Shown here: piece after piece, positions 12,878 to 28,373 of the stretch
Numbering within the stretch: position 1 is the stretch's first letter
Layout: every line of letters starts with the position of its first letter
Assembly (NCBI GenBank): GCA_951406725.2
Contig: OX597831.1
Span: 38,316,001 to 38,380,000 of the forward strand
Length of the DNA stretch: 64,000 bases
DNA from: Octopus vulgaris
Taxonomy: Eukaryota
Direction of reading: 5' to 3'
Notes under the pieces: generated by a model
Seen by the model: the letters and a program-made list of their open reading frames with translations, nothing else
What the model was told of the DNA's origin: nothing
The model's database searches: none
Position numbers and translations under genes: made by a program

Positions 12878-12921
12878 TGTATGTATGTATGTATGTATAG
12901 ATAGATAGATAGATAGATAGG

Positions 12922-12982
<61 letters not shown>

Positions 12983-13389
12983 GATAAATAGATAGATAAA
13001 CACGTACGTACATTTCTGTATTACCTATACACACACACGAACATAAAAACATAAACCCATGCCAGATGCAAAACACCGTTTTCCGATGATTTCCCGAAGA
13101 AGTGTTTCTAAACTCGAAATATTGAACTTGAAGTTAAATTTCGGAAGAATCGATTTCTATTATTTTTCTTAGCTCTCATTGTTCAGGGTTCAAAACGAGT
13201 AAAAAGAAAAAATGTTATCTCTCTTAGGCAATGATTTATGACTATTATACTATTGTATGTTTAGTATTATATTGAAGTCAGTTTGACTTCATAAACTGTT
13301 ACTCGAAATTTGACATAACCGATCACTAGACAATGAAATGTCTTATAAATGTTAATAATTATCTATAGTAGAGGCGCATTGTCTTAGCG

Positions 13390-15560
13390 ATTGTTTTCTT
13401 GTACCTGCATTCCTCTGGCCACTTAGTACGGCTATCTACCACGATTAGATAGTAAGCGCCGTTCATCGGTCTGGCATAGTCGATATGTAACCTACACCAC
13501 GGGTTCCGGCCATGACTTATATTTTACCGGCGGGGCTTTGGCCCGAGCGCGCAACCTCCACAAGTTCTCACCAAATTTTCGATATCGCGGTCCATACTCG
13601 GCCAATAGACCTAGCTTCCCATTAGAACATTCGTCCTTGACATTCCCGGGTATTCGCTGTATTACACGTTTTTGTAGTCAGTACTACAACTCTTTGTGCA
13701 TACCTCAGAATATTATCGCATATTGATATAATACTCGAATTTGTATATTTATTCTGCTTATAAAAATAATTCGTATATTTATTCTGCTTACAAACCCGAA
13801 AGAAGCATTAAAAATAATGCTCCTTTCCGTTTTGTAATATACTCATTGCCTACAGATTTCATTTTTTATATCCTGTGCAGTCATTGGTAGTTCTTCGATA
13901 ACATTAGTCATAATACATTTTATTTCATTTTCTGCCTACAGTGCGGCTATCACGGTATCTTCTAGTGATTCCGTATTTTTCGGAATTATTTTTGATAGAC
14001 AGTCCACATGACCAATTTTTTCGATAGAATATAATGCATTTTGAAATTGTAATTTAGTGATATTATACCCCAGCATTGTAGTCGGTTCGATGTATAGGTT
14101 GGTAGCCCTTTCTTTCACCCATAAATCGATAGCAATGGTCTATGATCTGTTTGTAGCAGAAAATTTCTACCTTGTAGGAAGCTGTGAGATTTATTATCAA
14201 TAGGGCTTCTTTTTTTATCTGACTATTTATTCTCTGCCGCTACCAGCGAGCACGAAACAGGAATCACTGATTTCGTACTTCCATCTTTATACTCGTGTAG
14301 CAAAACTGCTCCTATTCTCTACTCCGAAGCATCAGATACTATCACAATGTCCATTTCAAGATCGAAATGCGCTAGTGACAAATCTACGATTAGAATTCTT
14401 TTTATTTCTTCAGAAACGGTTTGGCTTTTAACCGACCGATTCCATGTTACTCCCTTTTTTTTTAACATATCGTTCAATGAAGCTGTTAATTTGTGCATGT
14501 TAGGAGTGTAATCTTTTTTTGTAGTAGTTTTCGTAGCCCAGGAAACGCTTGAAACTTTGGCATATTTGTTGGTGCAGATATTTTCTTTATGGCGTCAACC
14601 CTCGACGGCTCAGGCCGTCTTCCATTTTTATCACTTAATTGCTCTAAGTACTTAATGAGACAAAAATAATTCGTATTTTTCTTCACTCAAAGTGAACTCG
14701 GACTCTTTAATTTCCTTGAACACAGCTTTTATATGCTTCACATGCTATTCGCGCAAATTAATCTTAATCGATATATCGTGAAAATAAAGGATTGCAAATT
14801 AACAATCGGACAATGTAGGGTCCATGATTTACTGAAATATTGCCGGTGCACCCTTTAATCCTAAAGGTAAGCGGGTAAATTTGTACAATCCTCTATGTGT
14901 ATTTATAGTCAGATACTTTGAGCATTTTTTCATTTAATTGGATTTGTAAATAAGCGTCAGGCATATCCAACTTGGTAGAAATTTTTCCACTATTTGATTT
15001 TGCGAAAATGTCTTGTTGTGCCTGCAGTGGATGCTGACATATCTTTATGCAGTCGTTCAATAGTGTAGAGAAATAGGTACACAGCCGAATCTTATCATTT
15101 TTCTTTTTAATGCACATCGTGGGCAACGTCTATTTACAGTAATCCACCTTTATGATGATTCCACTCTTCATTTACGATTTTCAGTTGCCGCGAATGGTAC
15201 GTTTCTGTTAGATTTAAATACAGGCACAGCATTTTCCCTTAATTGAAAGCAGGATTCAGTCTTTTTATATAGACCTAAGTTGTCCGATAGTACTTCTGGA
15301 AACACCTTTTCCAATTTTCTCTTCAATTCCTGCCGGTTACGTCAGACCTCTGCTATTTATATGAAGTGTTCCCGACTATTCTCGACATACTTTCGCCACG
15401 ACAACTTATCTTTTCATCGTTTGGGCATCGATAAAATAGCTATCATTTCAGCACTGGGGTCATTGTAATTGACTTAACCCCTTCCCCGATATTGTTGACC
15501 TTGTGCAAAAATTTAGAGACTATACCACTTGCATTTAAGGCTGTGACCTGGCAAAATCAT
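13390..15560 (-). mobile_element. Decayed Ty3/gypsy LTR retrotransposon pol (RT - RNase H - integrase)
   Basis: RT: KKKNDKIRLCTYFSTLLNDC...DIFAKSNSGKISTKLDMPDAYLQI, THRGLYKFTRLPLGLKGAPAIFQ. RNase H: DASE*RIGAVLLH, TDHRPLLSIYG. Integrase: PGMSRT...VYWPSMDRDIENLVRTCGGC and RLHIDYARPMNGAYYLIVVDSRTKWPE. The RT-RH-IN order indicates gypsy. Many stops and frameshifts; no LTRs recognised. Confidence 0.9.
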
Positions 15561-15750
15561 TAACATTCCTGTCAAAATGCTTACCAGCATTCCGACCGCC
15601 GTTCTTAGATTAAATTCCGCCGAGGACTGATTTGAATTTCTCCCCGCCGGGCATCATAAAGTAGGTACCTGTCGAGTACTGGGATCGATCTACTCAATTT
15701 ACCTTTTCCCTCCAAATTGATGGCCTTGTGTCAGAATTTGAAACCAATAT
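15550..15750 (+). mobile_element. SINE family B (Meta-domain) degenerate copy
   Basis: ggcaaaatcattaac...aaattccgccgagg...gtactgggatcgat...ggccttgtgtcagaatttgaaac. Confidence 0.65.
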
Positions 15751-16249
15751 TACTCACATTCATTTCTATATTTTTGTCACACCACCATTTGCATTATGTT
15801 GTATATAACTACGACATAGAACAGTATAGAATCAACACGAATATCAAATTAGTGCTATCACTACTATCACTACTATCACCGACTACTAACAACGTTAATC
15901 AAGTACAGTAACTGCATTGTCATCAATACACCAATGATAACAGGAAAAGCAAAAAAAAAACAAGCAAAATTACCACGTGACATTACTGAAATTTTATATT
16001 GAAATGTTTGTTACCAATATTTGTACAAAGGAAATAACCAACATATATACATGTATATCCGGAGGCGGAGGTAATTAACAAAAAAATTAAGAGAAATGAT
16101 TGCACATATGCCAATAATGAAATAAAAATATTTAAATGACATAATTAAATGAAATATGTGTAAATAAAAGAATGATGTACCAATTAAAGGAGTGTTCGTA
16201 TTCCTTTTTTTAATTCAAAGACATATTTGCATGTCAAACTATATATATA

Positions 16250-16302
<53 letters not shown>

Positions 16303-16418
16303 CCCTCTATAATCCTTTCTTTCGCTTTGTATTGTTTTGAATAGTCATTTGCATAAAGCAATATATACGTGCGTGTGTGTGCGCGCGCGAGTGAATAAAC
16401 AAATACATATGTATGAGC

Positions 16419-16457
<39 letters not shown>

Positions 16458-17094
16458 TACACGCACACATATAAAGGTACACGTACACATATATAAGTAC
16501 ATATATGAACATATATAAGTCCATATATAAATTGTGCGTACTTCTCACGTAAATAGCTCTGTTTATCACCATGCAACTACAACATATATGGCTTCAACAT
16601 ACAACACCATATAATTAAAGAAACTATCATAAAATTAGGTTTGCAAAATTCAATCAGCAATTAGAGAGCAAAATATGAATGGCTGGAGTTGGTGACGAAG
16701 AACGAACTAGTGAAATATAAGTGAAATCTTTTTAGTAATGTCTTTCATAATGTAGAAAATATGTTAGATAAAAATATATTCTGTTTCGATGCTTTAGGAA
16801 ACAATTTGTGAATTGAAAATAAAAAGACAATTAGAAATATATATGTGTATTTATTTACTGGAATAAATATTAATTACAGAATAAAATGAAAATATATTAC
16901 ATTTCTGCGAAAATCATCTCGAGGAAAGAGTAATACATAAATTTATTATTATGCCGTTTTGCGTAATTTGTATTTATGTTGCAACAGTTTTGCGCATATG
17001 CGTGCGTGTACCTGTGCATAAATAACTATATAAATATATGTGTATTTGTATGTTCACGTTTCTGTCATATGAGTGCGTGTGCATTCGCATACAC

Positions 17095-17162
<68 letters not shown>

Positions 17163-17259
17163 GTATGTATTGTTGTATGTCAGGATGGTCATTTTGGACA
17201 ATCGTTTAAAGTCATTATATATTCATTCTTCACTCGTTTATTACAGTTCTTATTCTAAC

Positions 17260-18270
17260 ACATGTCCATTGTCTGGATACATAAAATGTCGTCAAATTTA
17301 ACTCGAACACTTTACAACGCTTTGGCCTGTGACGTATACCTCTGTTCTAAATCGTCTCGGCGTTCTCTTCTCGTTGTTTAACGTTATAACCTGAAAACAG
17401 GAAACAGTTTTCTCTTAGAATATGGTCTTCAACACGCAGACTTTTCTTTTGTATTTTGTCGTTATATTGTATGTCCTCTGCTCCCTCGGTCCTCCTTGTG
17501 TCACTAATAAAACTCTTAGGCTAATTGCAGTTAACGTTGCTGTTTACATAGTTACTATTGTGCTTGGCTTTACTTTTGTGATGATTTCTTTTTTTTTGGT
17601 GGTGTTTTTGTAGTTGACGGACTATTGGAATGTTCTTCCTGAAATGTTAGCACGCAAATTTTTCGGATTTCATTAATTATATGAATGATCGTCTCTCTAC
17701 ACTTCCACACTTTGGAGACAACGCTCTGTGCAAAGTGCTGAAGTGTAGGCTGTCGCACTGAAGCAGCACCTGTGTTTCACGGGATGTTTATAAGAAGTTA
17801 GAAGCAAGTCCATATAGGTGTTTTTTTTATGCTCTGATGGAGCTTTGCAGGCATACATTTCGGGAGTTAAACTAAAATTAAGGACACCCTCTCATCCAGA
17901 CATTACTAACTGACTTTGATGTTATGTGTGTTATTAGCATAAAAGCTCGTTTATGAAAATGAACCAGAAAATTCTTGTTAATATAGTATAAAACATCAGA
18001 GAAGAATGGTTGATTAAGGCAGGTTACAGTTATCTTCTTCTTCCTTCTCTAGTGTGTGCTAGAGGGTCTTCCACCTTGTACATTACCAATTCACTGAAGC
18101 CATTTGCATGCAGGACAACTCCAAATATGAAGCGGTCCTTTTAACCATATTTCTTTTTTAGGACAGAACAATATCTGCTACAAGAGATTCTCATTATGGT
18201 GGCCGGAGACTGTGGAATTTTATAATATCTACGCGCTGAACACTTGGTAGTTTATCTAGCTATGGAGTTT
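17260..18270 (-). mobile_element. Possible highly decayed BEL/Pao gag-like remnant
   Basis: Only weak minus-strand motifs: LDKLP (~18250), Cys/His-rich KHRCCFS...SALCTERCLQ...DDH (~17690-17780), RVKFDD (~17300). Confidence 0.25.
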
Positions 18271-19190
18271 CCGTGGTTTAGTCTCTTAACCAAAAGTAAA
18301 CACGTTATAAAACTTTTATTCATGCAAGTAGTCATGTCAACTGAAATCTCATTCAAACTTTATCATAACTCAAATCTTTATAAAAATATGACTTACCCAT
18401 TCATATTTTGAAATGTCCCACTGCCCCTATTCGAAACAGGAACAATGCGGTTGTATTTACAGTGTGTTTGAGATGAGCTGTGCCTTACGATCGGCTAAAT
18501 ATCACAGACATAAAAAAATAACTCACCTTATTATGTATAGATTCCAACGTCCAAATACATAGAATATATTAGATGCTTTCCGTTACCCGCTGTGACTATA
18601 CTAGAAATGGCAACCCAATCTGCTTTCAATTGCATTCTATCGGGTTTCATCAAAAATCAATTTCATCTCGTTTCACCTGGAGCGAAACACAACCTGAATA
18701 CTAAATCGTAAATCAACACAAACAGCCTTTCATAAATAACCAATTGTCTGCCTCTTAAAGAACGTCCAAGTACATTTATTTTATCATTGATAAGTTCTAA
18801 GTGGTGTTTATAGAACCAAATTAAATATATTTTAAGTATAAAGAATTTGTTTTGTTCGCATGGCTTAAAAGGAACGATTTTACTGTATATATTTTCCATA
18901 AATTTAATTTATAAGTTTTTGATAGGTTTTCCTGATTTCCATTATATAATTACAGAGTAAACTACGGTTATTTCTTATTCATGTAGATATGAAAATTATT
19001 AAAAGTGCAAGTTTACAACAAAATTTGTATTGAGAGAAGTGGTAAGTACTTTATTATTTATATGTGGATAATAACGTATATTTGTATATTACAATCCTGC
19101 AACAATAAACCATTTTAACGTTTTTTATTGTTAAACTCTATCAATATATGTATGTACCTGTGTTTTTTTTATTTATATATCTACCTACTG

Positions 19191-19243
<53 letters not shown>

Positions 19244-20724
19244 GATAGATAGATAGACAGATAGATAGATAGACAGACAGAGAGAGAGATAGATAGATAG
19301 ATTGATAGATAGATAGATAAATAGATAGATAGCATGTATACGTGAATATCTATCGACCGTTATATATATATATATATATATATACATAATTTTGTTTCTA
19401 TATCAGGTTTGTTATTCACACATACACAAGCATATATATGTGTATATATATAGATATATGTACGTATGTATATAAATCCATATTCTTGCAATTATATATA
19501 TATATATATATATATGTGTATGTGTGTGTGTATGTATGCATGCAGGTATGTATGTATGTATTATCTATGTATGTATGTATAGGTATATATGTATTTATGT
19601 ATGTGTGTCTGTGTGTTTGTGTTCTATATCGGTGGTTACAACCATGTTTCCATAAATACAGCACCCGGAGCTCTTATTTCGTGATAATATAGAACTTCCA
19701 GCAAACGCATTTTGAATGTTTTCCTTTTGTTCCGTTCTTTTAAGGCTTCAAAATTTATTTTGTGTAAACTCCCCATATTGTTTACTCCTTTCTTCAACCA
19801 CTATCTTTTTCAATGATTTACTATTAATATGAAGATTGTGCCTTTGTTCCAATATAGTTTTATACAAGTTTACATTTAAATGTTGCTGCTTTTGGGTGTT
19901 TATACATTTATACATATATATACATATATAAGTATGCATACATATACATACATAATTCCATACATATGTGTGTATGTGTTTGTGTGTGTTTGTGTATGTG
20001 TGTGTATGCGGTAATGACGAAGTGCGCCGGAATTTGACAAACATTGCACAGATACAAAGTCAGAAGACATATATACAACTTACAATTCGGTATGAATACT
20101 TGGAACAATTTCTTCCATTCAACTGAATTTTATTCAAAGGAAGAATCTCAGAATCAGTTCTTTGAAGTTACATTATGGAAAATTACTAAGACCGCCGTTT
20201 GGCAGCATCCTCAAAGCATCCGAATAATATCTAGTGATAACTGTTTCGGCACTTTTGCCTTCTGAGTTCAAAATCCATAATTTCATATTTTGGCATTCAT
20301 TTCTCTAGAGTTGTTTTATAAAATAACTTATCTGGCTTATAATAGGCAGACTCTTCTTGCTGCACTCTTAAAATAATATACACAGCGCATTGAAAGAAAT
20401 GTGGTTGACAACAGAAAATGTACCCTCCGTCCAAGTGATATGCAAATGGGGCTTTTACCTAGGAGGTAGTGACATTTCCCAGATGAAATATAATAGACAA
20501 TTTGTCCAACCTTCCAGAACCTATTGGATATTGACAGACTGATATGCTATGAAGTACGGACCAGTTTTGAAAAATATAAACCAGTTCCAATAATTATATA
20601 CATGTGATTAGTTTCTTTGAAGATGACCTCACTTTATATATTGGGCAGTAGGCAAGGTCCCCTGACGACAGTCTATCTTAAAATAAGTATATTAAATATA
20701 ATATGAATGACAAATTTACACTGC

Positions 20725-20860
20725 GTGTGTATAATGAAATGTTCCCGGCTTCGGATAAAAGAAAATAGAGGAGGATCAGTTAATTATGCTTTTATTCATT
20801 ATATTCCCCTTTCAGATTCACACAACTATTGCAGCGGTCCTTCAGTTTTTCTAAGCCCTG
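20725..20860 (-). mobile_element. Mariner 3' end remnant
   Basis: Minus strand encodes GLEKLKDRCNSCVNLKGEYNE*, the mariner C-terminus pattern (GIxKLxxRWxKC...GxYxE*), followed by a TIR-like stretch. Confidence 0.7.
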
Positions 20861-23800
20861 ATAAAGATTAAACACTTTACTTTCTAATTCTTTCATAATT
20901 CTCATCACACGAAGTTGTTTCTTGCGGCCTCTTTTAGTTTTGTTTGAATGTGGAGGGATTTCTAATAAAATATTTTAAATGTCCGGTTAGACACAATTGC
21001 AGGAGGAAAATTTATCGCCATAAAAATTGTAAACTCAACTAATATCCCTGATGTCTCTGACTGATCCAACTACATCTAATTATGTCACATAAGACATGAT
21101 GATGTGCAGCAATTGAGTCTATATCAGTGTTTTCCACCACTATTTACACAACCATCGGAATGCGAAGCACCTCACACGAGCGCGCCCTCGTGACACACCG
21201 TTGTGATATATAAACAGTTTTTAATAGGAACCAAGAGAAGTATAAACATACAATGCGTATGTGCACAGTGAATTCATAAAACGGAAGAGAAGAATAAAAG
21301 CGCAATGCACATGTTAAAGTAAAGCGGAAGAGGAATTTATATCAATATGATGGTCTGCATGCTCCGTCTAACACCGCTATCACGCAGATTGTTGCAATTT
21401 TCTTGCTTCAGCTATGGACTCCTTTATTCGCTATTTTGTTGTGGTATCTCCCTCTACATATCCATCCCACGTTTAAAAACTAGATTTATAGATACTTCCT
21501 ACAAAATTCCTGTTATGTGTTTCGCACATTAACTTCTGTAGGTTGAACTACATATATATGCATATTCCCTCTCAGAACCTTACAGTAGTCTGGAACAACT
21601 GAAACTTAGTCAGTCAGTTGATGGACTCCACTACCTCAAATGTTCTTAAAATTTAAATCCACATCTTTGTCTATATATCTACCTTCTCAATAATGTTGCC
21701 ACTCGATATGAAAATTTTTGTATTAATGGAAAACATCTATAATTGGCTGACGAGTGCTCAGCATTTTAAAACTGTTGTAATACTTACAACATTTCATAAA
21801 ATGATGTAGTACGAAACGATCGTACCAAACTACCGGAGTCATTCTTGTTGCTTATTTTGAGTATATATATATATATTATATACGGCTTGTACAGTAATAC
21901 AATAAAGACCTTTTTTACGAGAAATAACGGATTACTTGAATCTATATATTGTGATTTAAATGTGTGTGTGTTCTGTAGAACGAACGACCTCAACTCCGCC
22001 CCCAATTTATGCATATAAACATTGACGACCTCATTCTAGCCGTCGGAGAATCTGTGGTCATATTTCTTGAATTGACTTTTGTAACCATAATACATTTCCC
22101 TATAATAATAACAATCTTATACGGAATGTATTGCGTTTATAAAACTTATCCCTTTCTTCATTTTCTTCTTTCTTTCCTTGTCTTTCTTCATTTCCTCCTA
22201 CGCCTCAACTGTAACTAAACCTACTCTTGCATTCTTCGTACCCCAGTCTTCTCTTTATCTTTCGTTGGTTCACTAGACTTACTTTATTGATTTTTTTTAT
22301 GTTTCTCCAATGTTTCTTTTACTAATAACTTTTATTTTTGGTTGAAGTCACGACTGTGTTGTAGCTGACTTAGAAATTCCGGGCGACACTGTAATACCAT
22401 TAAGGTGATCTTGGCCTGATAGTTAGCTACATAGAGTAGTGGTCATTGCATAACAATTGCAGCATAAGTTTCAGTTAGTTAAGAAACCTATGTAGCGCAC
22501 ATTTTACCTGTGCTCCTCGCTCAACTTGGATTTTTATTCACAATTTTAGCAGATTTCGTTGCTAACATAGTTGTATAGAAACTATCAGCTTATCGAATTT
22601 CTTCGCAACTTCGATATGGGGGAAAACTCGATGCCAATTAATTTTTATTGATCTTATCGTATACTGTCCAATTTTGTTCTCTACGCCAGCCAGTTACTAC
22701 TTAGAAACGTCTTGCACACCCGGGTGTCCGAATTGTAATTAAGCACTCACACACACAAACACACTCCCCCTCTCTCTCACACACACATATGTATACCTAG
22801 ATAGATATCCATATGTATGTATACTTATGTATATATATATGTATGTTAATATCAAATTGCAAAGAAAGTAAACAAAAAAGTCTGCTTTAGAAGCGTTGAG
22901 AACGATTTTTAAAGATACATATAAAGAAAATATTTATTCTTCAACGCAGAGTAATGCTAACAGAATAACAGGAACATGACAAAATACCCATATTTTGCAG
23001 AAAAAATTGCCCGCTGACATATTTTTCCTTGTACATTAATATTTATATATAAAGTGTAAAGATTTTTCCCTTAAATTTCTTAATTTTTGTATTTCATATA
23101 AATATTAAGCACTGATGTTAATTAGATATTAGCAAACTAATTAATTGGAAAAATCTGAATAGCCATCATTCGAATCAACTTCTGTTATTTGTCTACAAAT
23201 TTTATATTTCATTATTTATTCTTCTTCTTCTTGGGCTGTTCTTGAATAGAGTCTGCTTCAAATAATAGCACAAATCTTTCTGCACACCTGCTGCTCTCAA
23301 TATGAACATCATAGAAATCTCTGTACAAAATAAAAGAAAAAACTTTGTTTCGCTCTTAAACAATAAATTGAATTACTTGTTACAATGAAAATCATACGAG
23401 AAATATTATTCTACATGGAAGTTCATGGGTTAAAAAGCGAAACTTAATTTTTCCAACTAAGAAGCACATCGGTTAAAAATATTCTTTACCAAAGAATACT
23501 GTATTCTATATGTCTTTCGCTAGATGTCTTATACTTTTATTTGTATTCCTCAGAGGCAGTCTATCAACCATATATTGTAATTTGTCCCTTGCTAACCACA
23601 GGGAACCTACTGTATTCGAATGACTTTCCTGAAAAATATATGTGTATGTCTCTCTATGTATCAATCAATGTGTGTCTCTCCCCTTCTCTCAACCTATCTA
23701 TCTATGTATCAATCTGTCTCTGTATATATATATATATGTGTGTGTGTGCGTGTGTGTGTGTGTTTGTGTGTGTGTATGTATATATATATGCATATATGTA

Positions 23801-23974
23801 TATGTATGTATATATGTATATATATAAATATATAAATAAATGAATACCTACATAGATAGATAGATACATACATACATGTATGTATGTGTGTGTATGCATG
23901 TATGTATGTATGTATGTATGTATGTATGTATGTATGTATGTATGTATGTATGTATGTATGTTTGAATATATGTA

Positions 23975-24530
23975 TGTGGTTGGCAAGCAAATAATTTCGA
24001 TCTTTGCAAGTAGAGTTACGAATTTTTGAATGATTATTGTGAATGTTATGAGAATTTCCTTTTGACATTTGATAGCCGTTACTTTTAGCTTACTTTAGAA
24101 GGAAATTTCGTCTAATTTTGTTTACAACTGTTTGTTCAGTGACAAATGGGGTGGAAAATGAACATTTTTTTTTTCCATACTATGCTTTTAATTATTTCCG
24201 TAAAAGCAGAAACCTGCTGAGGCTTACAAAGAGATATGGGAAGTTTATGGTGTTGATTGCTTAACAGAATGCACATGTCAAAAATGGTTTTAAAAATTCT
24301 GTTCTGGATATTTTTCACTCAAAGATGAGCAGCGTTCTAGTCGACCTACTGAAGTTGAGGGTGACTAAATCAAAGACATTACTGAGTCTGATTGTCATAT
24401 AACTGACTAAGAGATTGCGAGCGTGGTTAAATGTATCACACACAATTGAAAATCACTTAAAATGTCTTGGACTCGTTAAGAAGTTTAATATTTGAGTTTC
24501 CACATAAATTGAAAGAGCATCACTTAATAC
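23975..24530 (+). mobile_element. Mariner 5' half (TIR-like end plus HTH region), decayed
   Basis: Starts tgtggttggcaagc. Translation: PAEAYKEIWEVYGVDCLTECTCQKWF*KFCSGYFSLKDEQRSSRPTEV...EIA...IENHLKCLGLVKKFNI*VS (decayed WVPH). Confidence 0.85.
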
Positions 24531-25327
24531 AGCCATACATACATACACACGTAACATATATACACGCTTACATAACATACAATCACGTATACGTATAACT
24601 ATATCATCACCCTGTGGATGACCTACTTACGTAATATATCAGCTAATATCCCAAACTACAATTCATTTAAAGACTACTTCTCTTCATATGAGATACTCAA
24701 AAAATGTCAAACTCTACCAATACTGGCTTAATTTCATTCATTTTTTTTTATCCCATAATAACACGACTCTTTAAACATTTTCGAAACGAACTCCAGAACT
24801 CTAAAGAAGCAAGCAGAATTTTATAGCTCTGATTGTAGATCAGAAGAAAACTACATCCAATAAACTGAGTCGGCACGTTAAACAGTTCAAATGTTTATAG
24901 CATGCTTGGTGCATGATAATATTAATATTGCATAACGATCGTAACCTTTTGCTGAAGTTGTACCAAAGAATGATGTAATCCTGTCAATGCAATAAAGTTA
25001 TTAAATATATATTCTTCTGTATACTCAAATGCTTAGTAAATATTTCTGCATGGTTTGCTATTTTCCATAGGTTCATGATATCTATGTAATTACAAAGAAG
25101 CATTACCTAGAGGGAAGCTTTTTAAGCATTATAAAGTAGTATAGAATATTAAGCTATATAATATTTACAACTTACTGACATTTGATAACCGCAATATTGC
25201 TAAATATCGTTGTTGTAATCATAAGCGTTATCATCATCACCACCATCATCATCATCTCTATAATTATTATTATTATTATAATTATTAATATTTAGCGATA
25301 TGAAACGTTCCCGCCCCGATGTTATAG

Positions 25328-25495
25328 GAACAGGAGAGGCTGTGTGGTAAGTAGCTTGCTTACCAACCACAGGATTCCGGGTTCAGTTCCACTGCGTGGT
25401 ATTTTGGGCAAGTGTCTTCTACTATAGCCTCAGGCCGACCAAAGCCTTGTGAGTGAATTTCGTTGACGGAAGCTCAAAGAAGCTCATCGTATATA

Positions 25496-25549
<54 letters not shown>

Positions 25550-25747
25550 TGTGTCTGTGTTTGTCCCCCCTAGCATTGCTTGACAACGGATGCTAGTGTG
25601 TTTATGATCCCGTTCACTAGCGGTTCGGCAAAAAAACGATAGAATAAGTACTGGACTTACAAAGAATAGGTCCTGGGGTCGATTTGCTCGACTAAAGGCG
25701 GTACTCCAGCATGGCCGCAGTCAAATGACCGAAACAAGTAAAAGAGT
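25328..25747 (+). mobile_element. SINE family A, full length, internal (TG)n
   Basis: All family A modules present. Confidence 0.9.
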
Positions 25748-26319
25748 ATTAGTTTTTTGTTGTGAAAAGTAACTAACTAAAAAATCAATGATACTATATG
25801 GCGTATATTCAATTAAGATCATGTCCTCAAATTTTTGGTAACATTGCAGTGATACTTGATACGTTGAGCTAGCTTTTGTATAACAATAATGCCACATTGA
25901 AAATAAATGGGTACCATTTCTACTTGACTTCGCTTTAATTAATTTTCATAGTGACCACAGGCGCATACACACAGTCACGCGCGTTCGTCACACACACACA
26001 CACACACACATTATATTGATATTATATCCAAAATGAATTACATAGCCAAGACTTATTTTCAGTTACATATACACAAACAGCAGAACATAGAATAAATATA
26101 AACTTGATACTCCCATATCACACGGTCAGGTACCAATGAGAAACATCAAAGAGTATTCAGTGCTGATGTTGTATTTGATATTGTTTCATTTTGTCTACTT
26201 GTCTCTTGATGTTATACTGGTAATTTGATACTTGTCCAATCATTGTTTAATTGTTCTTCTTCATTTAACATATATAACTCGAAAGCATTAATTATTCTTT
26301 ATTTTACAAATTTGATATT

Positions 26320-27330
26320 GAGTAATGAAAAAATTTCAATTACACCCGTTTTACGCTTCACGTGGCAAAAAAGGACTGAGAGCAAGGACTGATTGAGTTC
26401 AAGTGGAAGGGCAGAAAAATTAATAATGGAGAATGCTTAGTAAGAATCAACGAACCTGTGGCACAAAATCGCTCCAAACGTGAAACAACCAAGGTGACGG
26501 AGGCCTGATGTTGTGGAAGATGAGGCCTTACTTGAAATGGCAGATCAAACAAGCTCCAGAACTCGTATATTGTCGGCAGAAAACGGTCCTTCACAAGGCA
26601 CCGTAAATCGACACGTCCATGTGCTCGAACTTGTAAAGAGGCAGTCGAGAATTTCCGCATAAAGTAACTAAAGACAAGACTCAAAGACATGTAAAAATCT
26701 TGAGACAGCTGCTGGCGATTCGTCAAGATGCAGGTATTTCGTGTCGAATTGAAACTAAACATGAAATGTGGATCCAAATTTGTAATCATAATGAGAAAAA
26801 AAAGGATATATTTCTCCGGTCTGAATTCAGTGTATGTTTTGCAATCAGTGGGGATTTAGACAAACATAAATGTTGTGATTCTGGAGGACTCTCGATGAGA
26901 GGTTACACTTTGAGCTTGTCCCCAGATGGTCAGGCTGTGATCGGTAACTATTATATGCAGCATTGCAGCGAGTATATGATTTGAAAGCCCAGTAACTGAT
27001 GCTGGTCAATCGAAGTCGCTTGCTCGTACAGTACGACAATGTCCTAGTGCATACTGTCAAAGTGACCAAAAATAATTTGAGAGGATGGAAGTGCTGTCAC
27101 AGCCTGACTACATTCCAGACCTTGTACCATTAGAGTACCACCTTTTCCGAACCATGGCTCAATTCCTGCATGGATGAAAGAGAAAATTGTAGCTGGGACG
27201 ATTTGCCTCTAAGCTAGTACTATTTTATAAATAACGATTGCAACAAACAAGATAGTATCATGGGTTATATTTTGATGAATAAACGCTTTTCGTACGTACT
27301 CTTTTGAAATTGTTATTTAAAGCTTAAAAT
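26320..27330 (+). mobile_element. Decayed near-complete mariner transposase
   Basis: RIETKHEMWI (decayed TGDEKWI), LHFELVPDGQAV, LVQYDNVLVHTVKVTK (HDNARPH), EVLSQPDYIPDLVPLEYHLFRTM (YSPDLAPSDYHLF). Confidence 0.85.
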
Positions 27331-27674
27331 ACCAAAAATCTCCACGTGTATATATGTACGGGGACATATACATATACCTACGGAAATACAAACTCAGATA
27401 CACACGCTCATGTACACTCACATACACAAGCAACCGCGCATACACGCTCCTGCATACATACATATATACGTACGTATGTATGTATGTATGTATAAGTGTG
27501 TCTTTTGTGCAACGTTGTCCTCCCCTCGTCTTCCCCTCCTTCATTACTCATAACTTTGTCACTGCAACCACCCATCTTATCGCATTACAATTTACAAGAG
27601 CGGCAACTTATCAAAGAAAATATTCAAAGACTTAACGAGAATTAGAAATTATTAAATACGCTTCAAAAATAGTA

Positions 27675-27820
<146 letters not shown>

Positions 27821-28373
27821 ATGTATAAAGTCATCAACTATATTCATCGCCGATAAATAGCTGATAATTATTACAATCACATAAGAACTGTGAATGAAGA
27901 GAAAATATCGTGTTTTTGAAGAGCAATCTGCTAAGATCTGCAGTATAATTTGCGACAAATTTAATAAACGTTATCAGATGGCAGGCCTCTTTAAAGGCCA
28001 TTCAAAATATTCAAATTAATTAACTAGTCCAGAAAATTTGTTATCAAGGATCATTTCAATTAGGAAATTATGACTTCGTTAATTACACTTTATTTTATAT
28101 CGTTTTTAATAGTGTAGATTTATCTCTTAAAAAAACTGTTATCGAGTATTATCGCTATTTTTCTAGTTATTCAGTTTATTACTACCACTATTATTACTAC
28201 TATTACCATAATTATTATTGTTGTTGTTCTTATTATAATTATTATTATCATCACCATCGTCATCATTATTATCATTATCATTATCAGCACATGCGAGAGC
28301 AGCAACATTATTGATATTGTTATTGTTATTATTACTATTATATTAATTATTATTATTATTATTATTATTATTT

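Noticed and set aside
21748-21785. CTGACGA-gtgc-tca-gcat hammerhead-like start
   Set aside because: No GAAA follows stem II, and there is no stem I or III.
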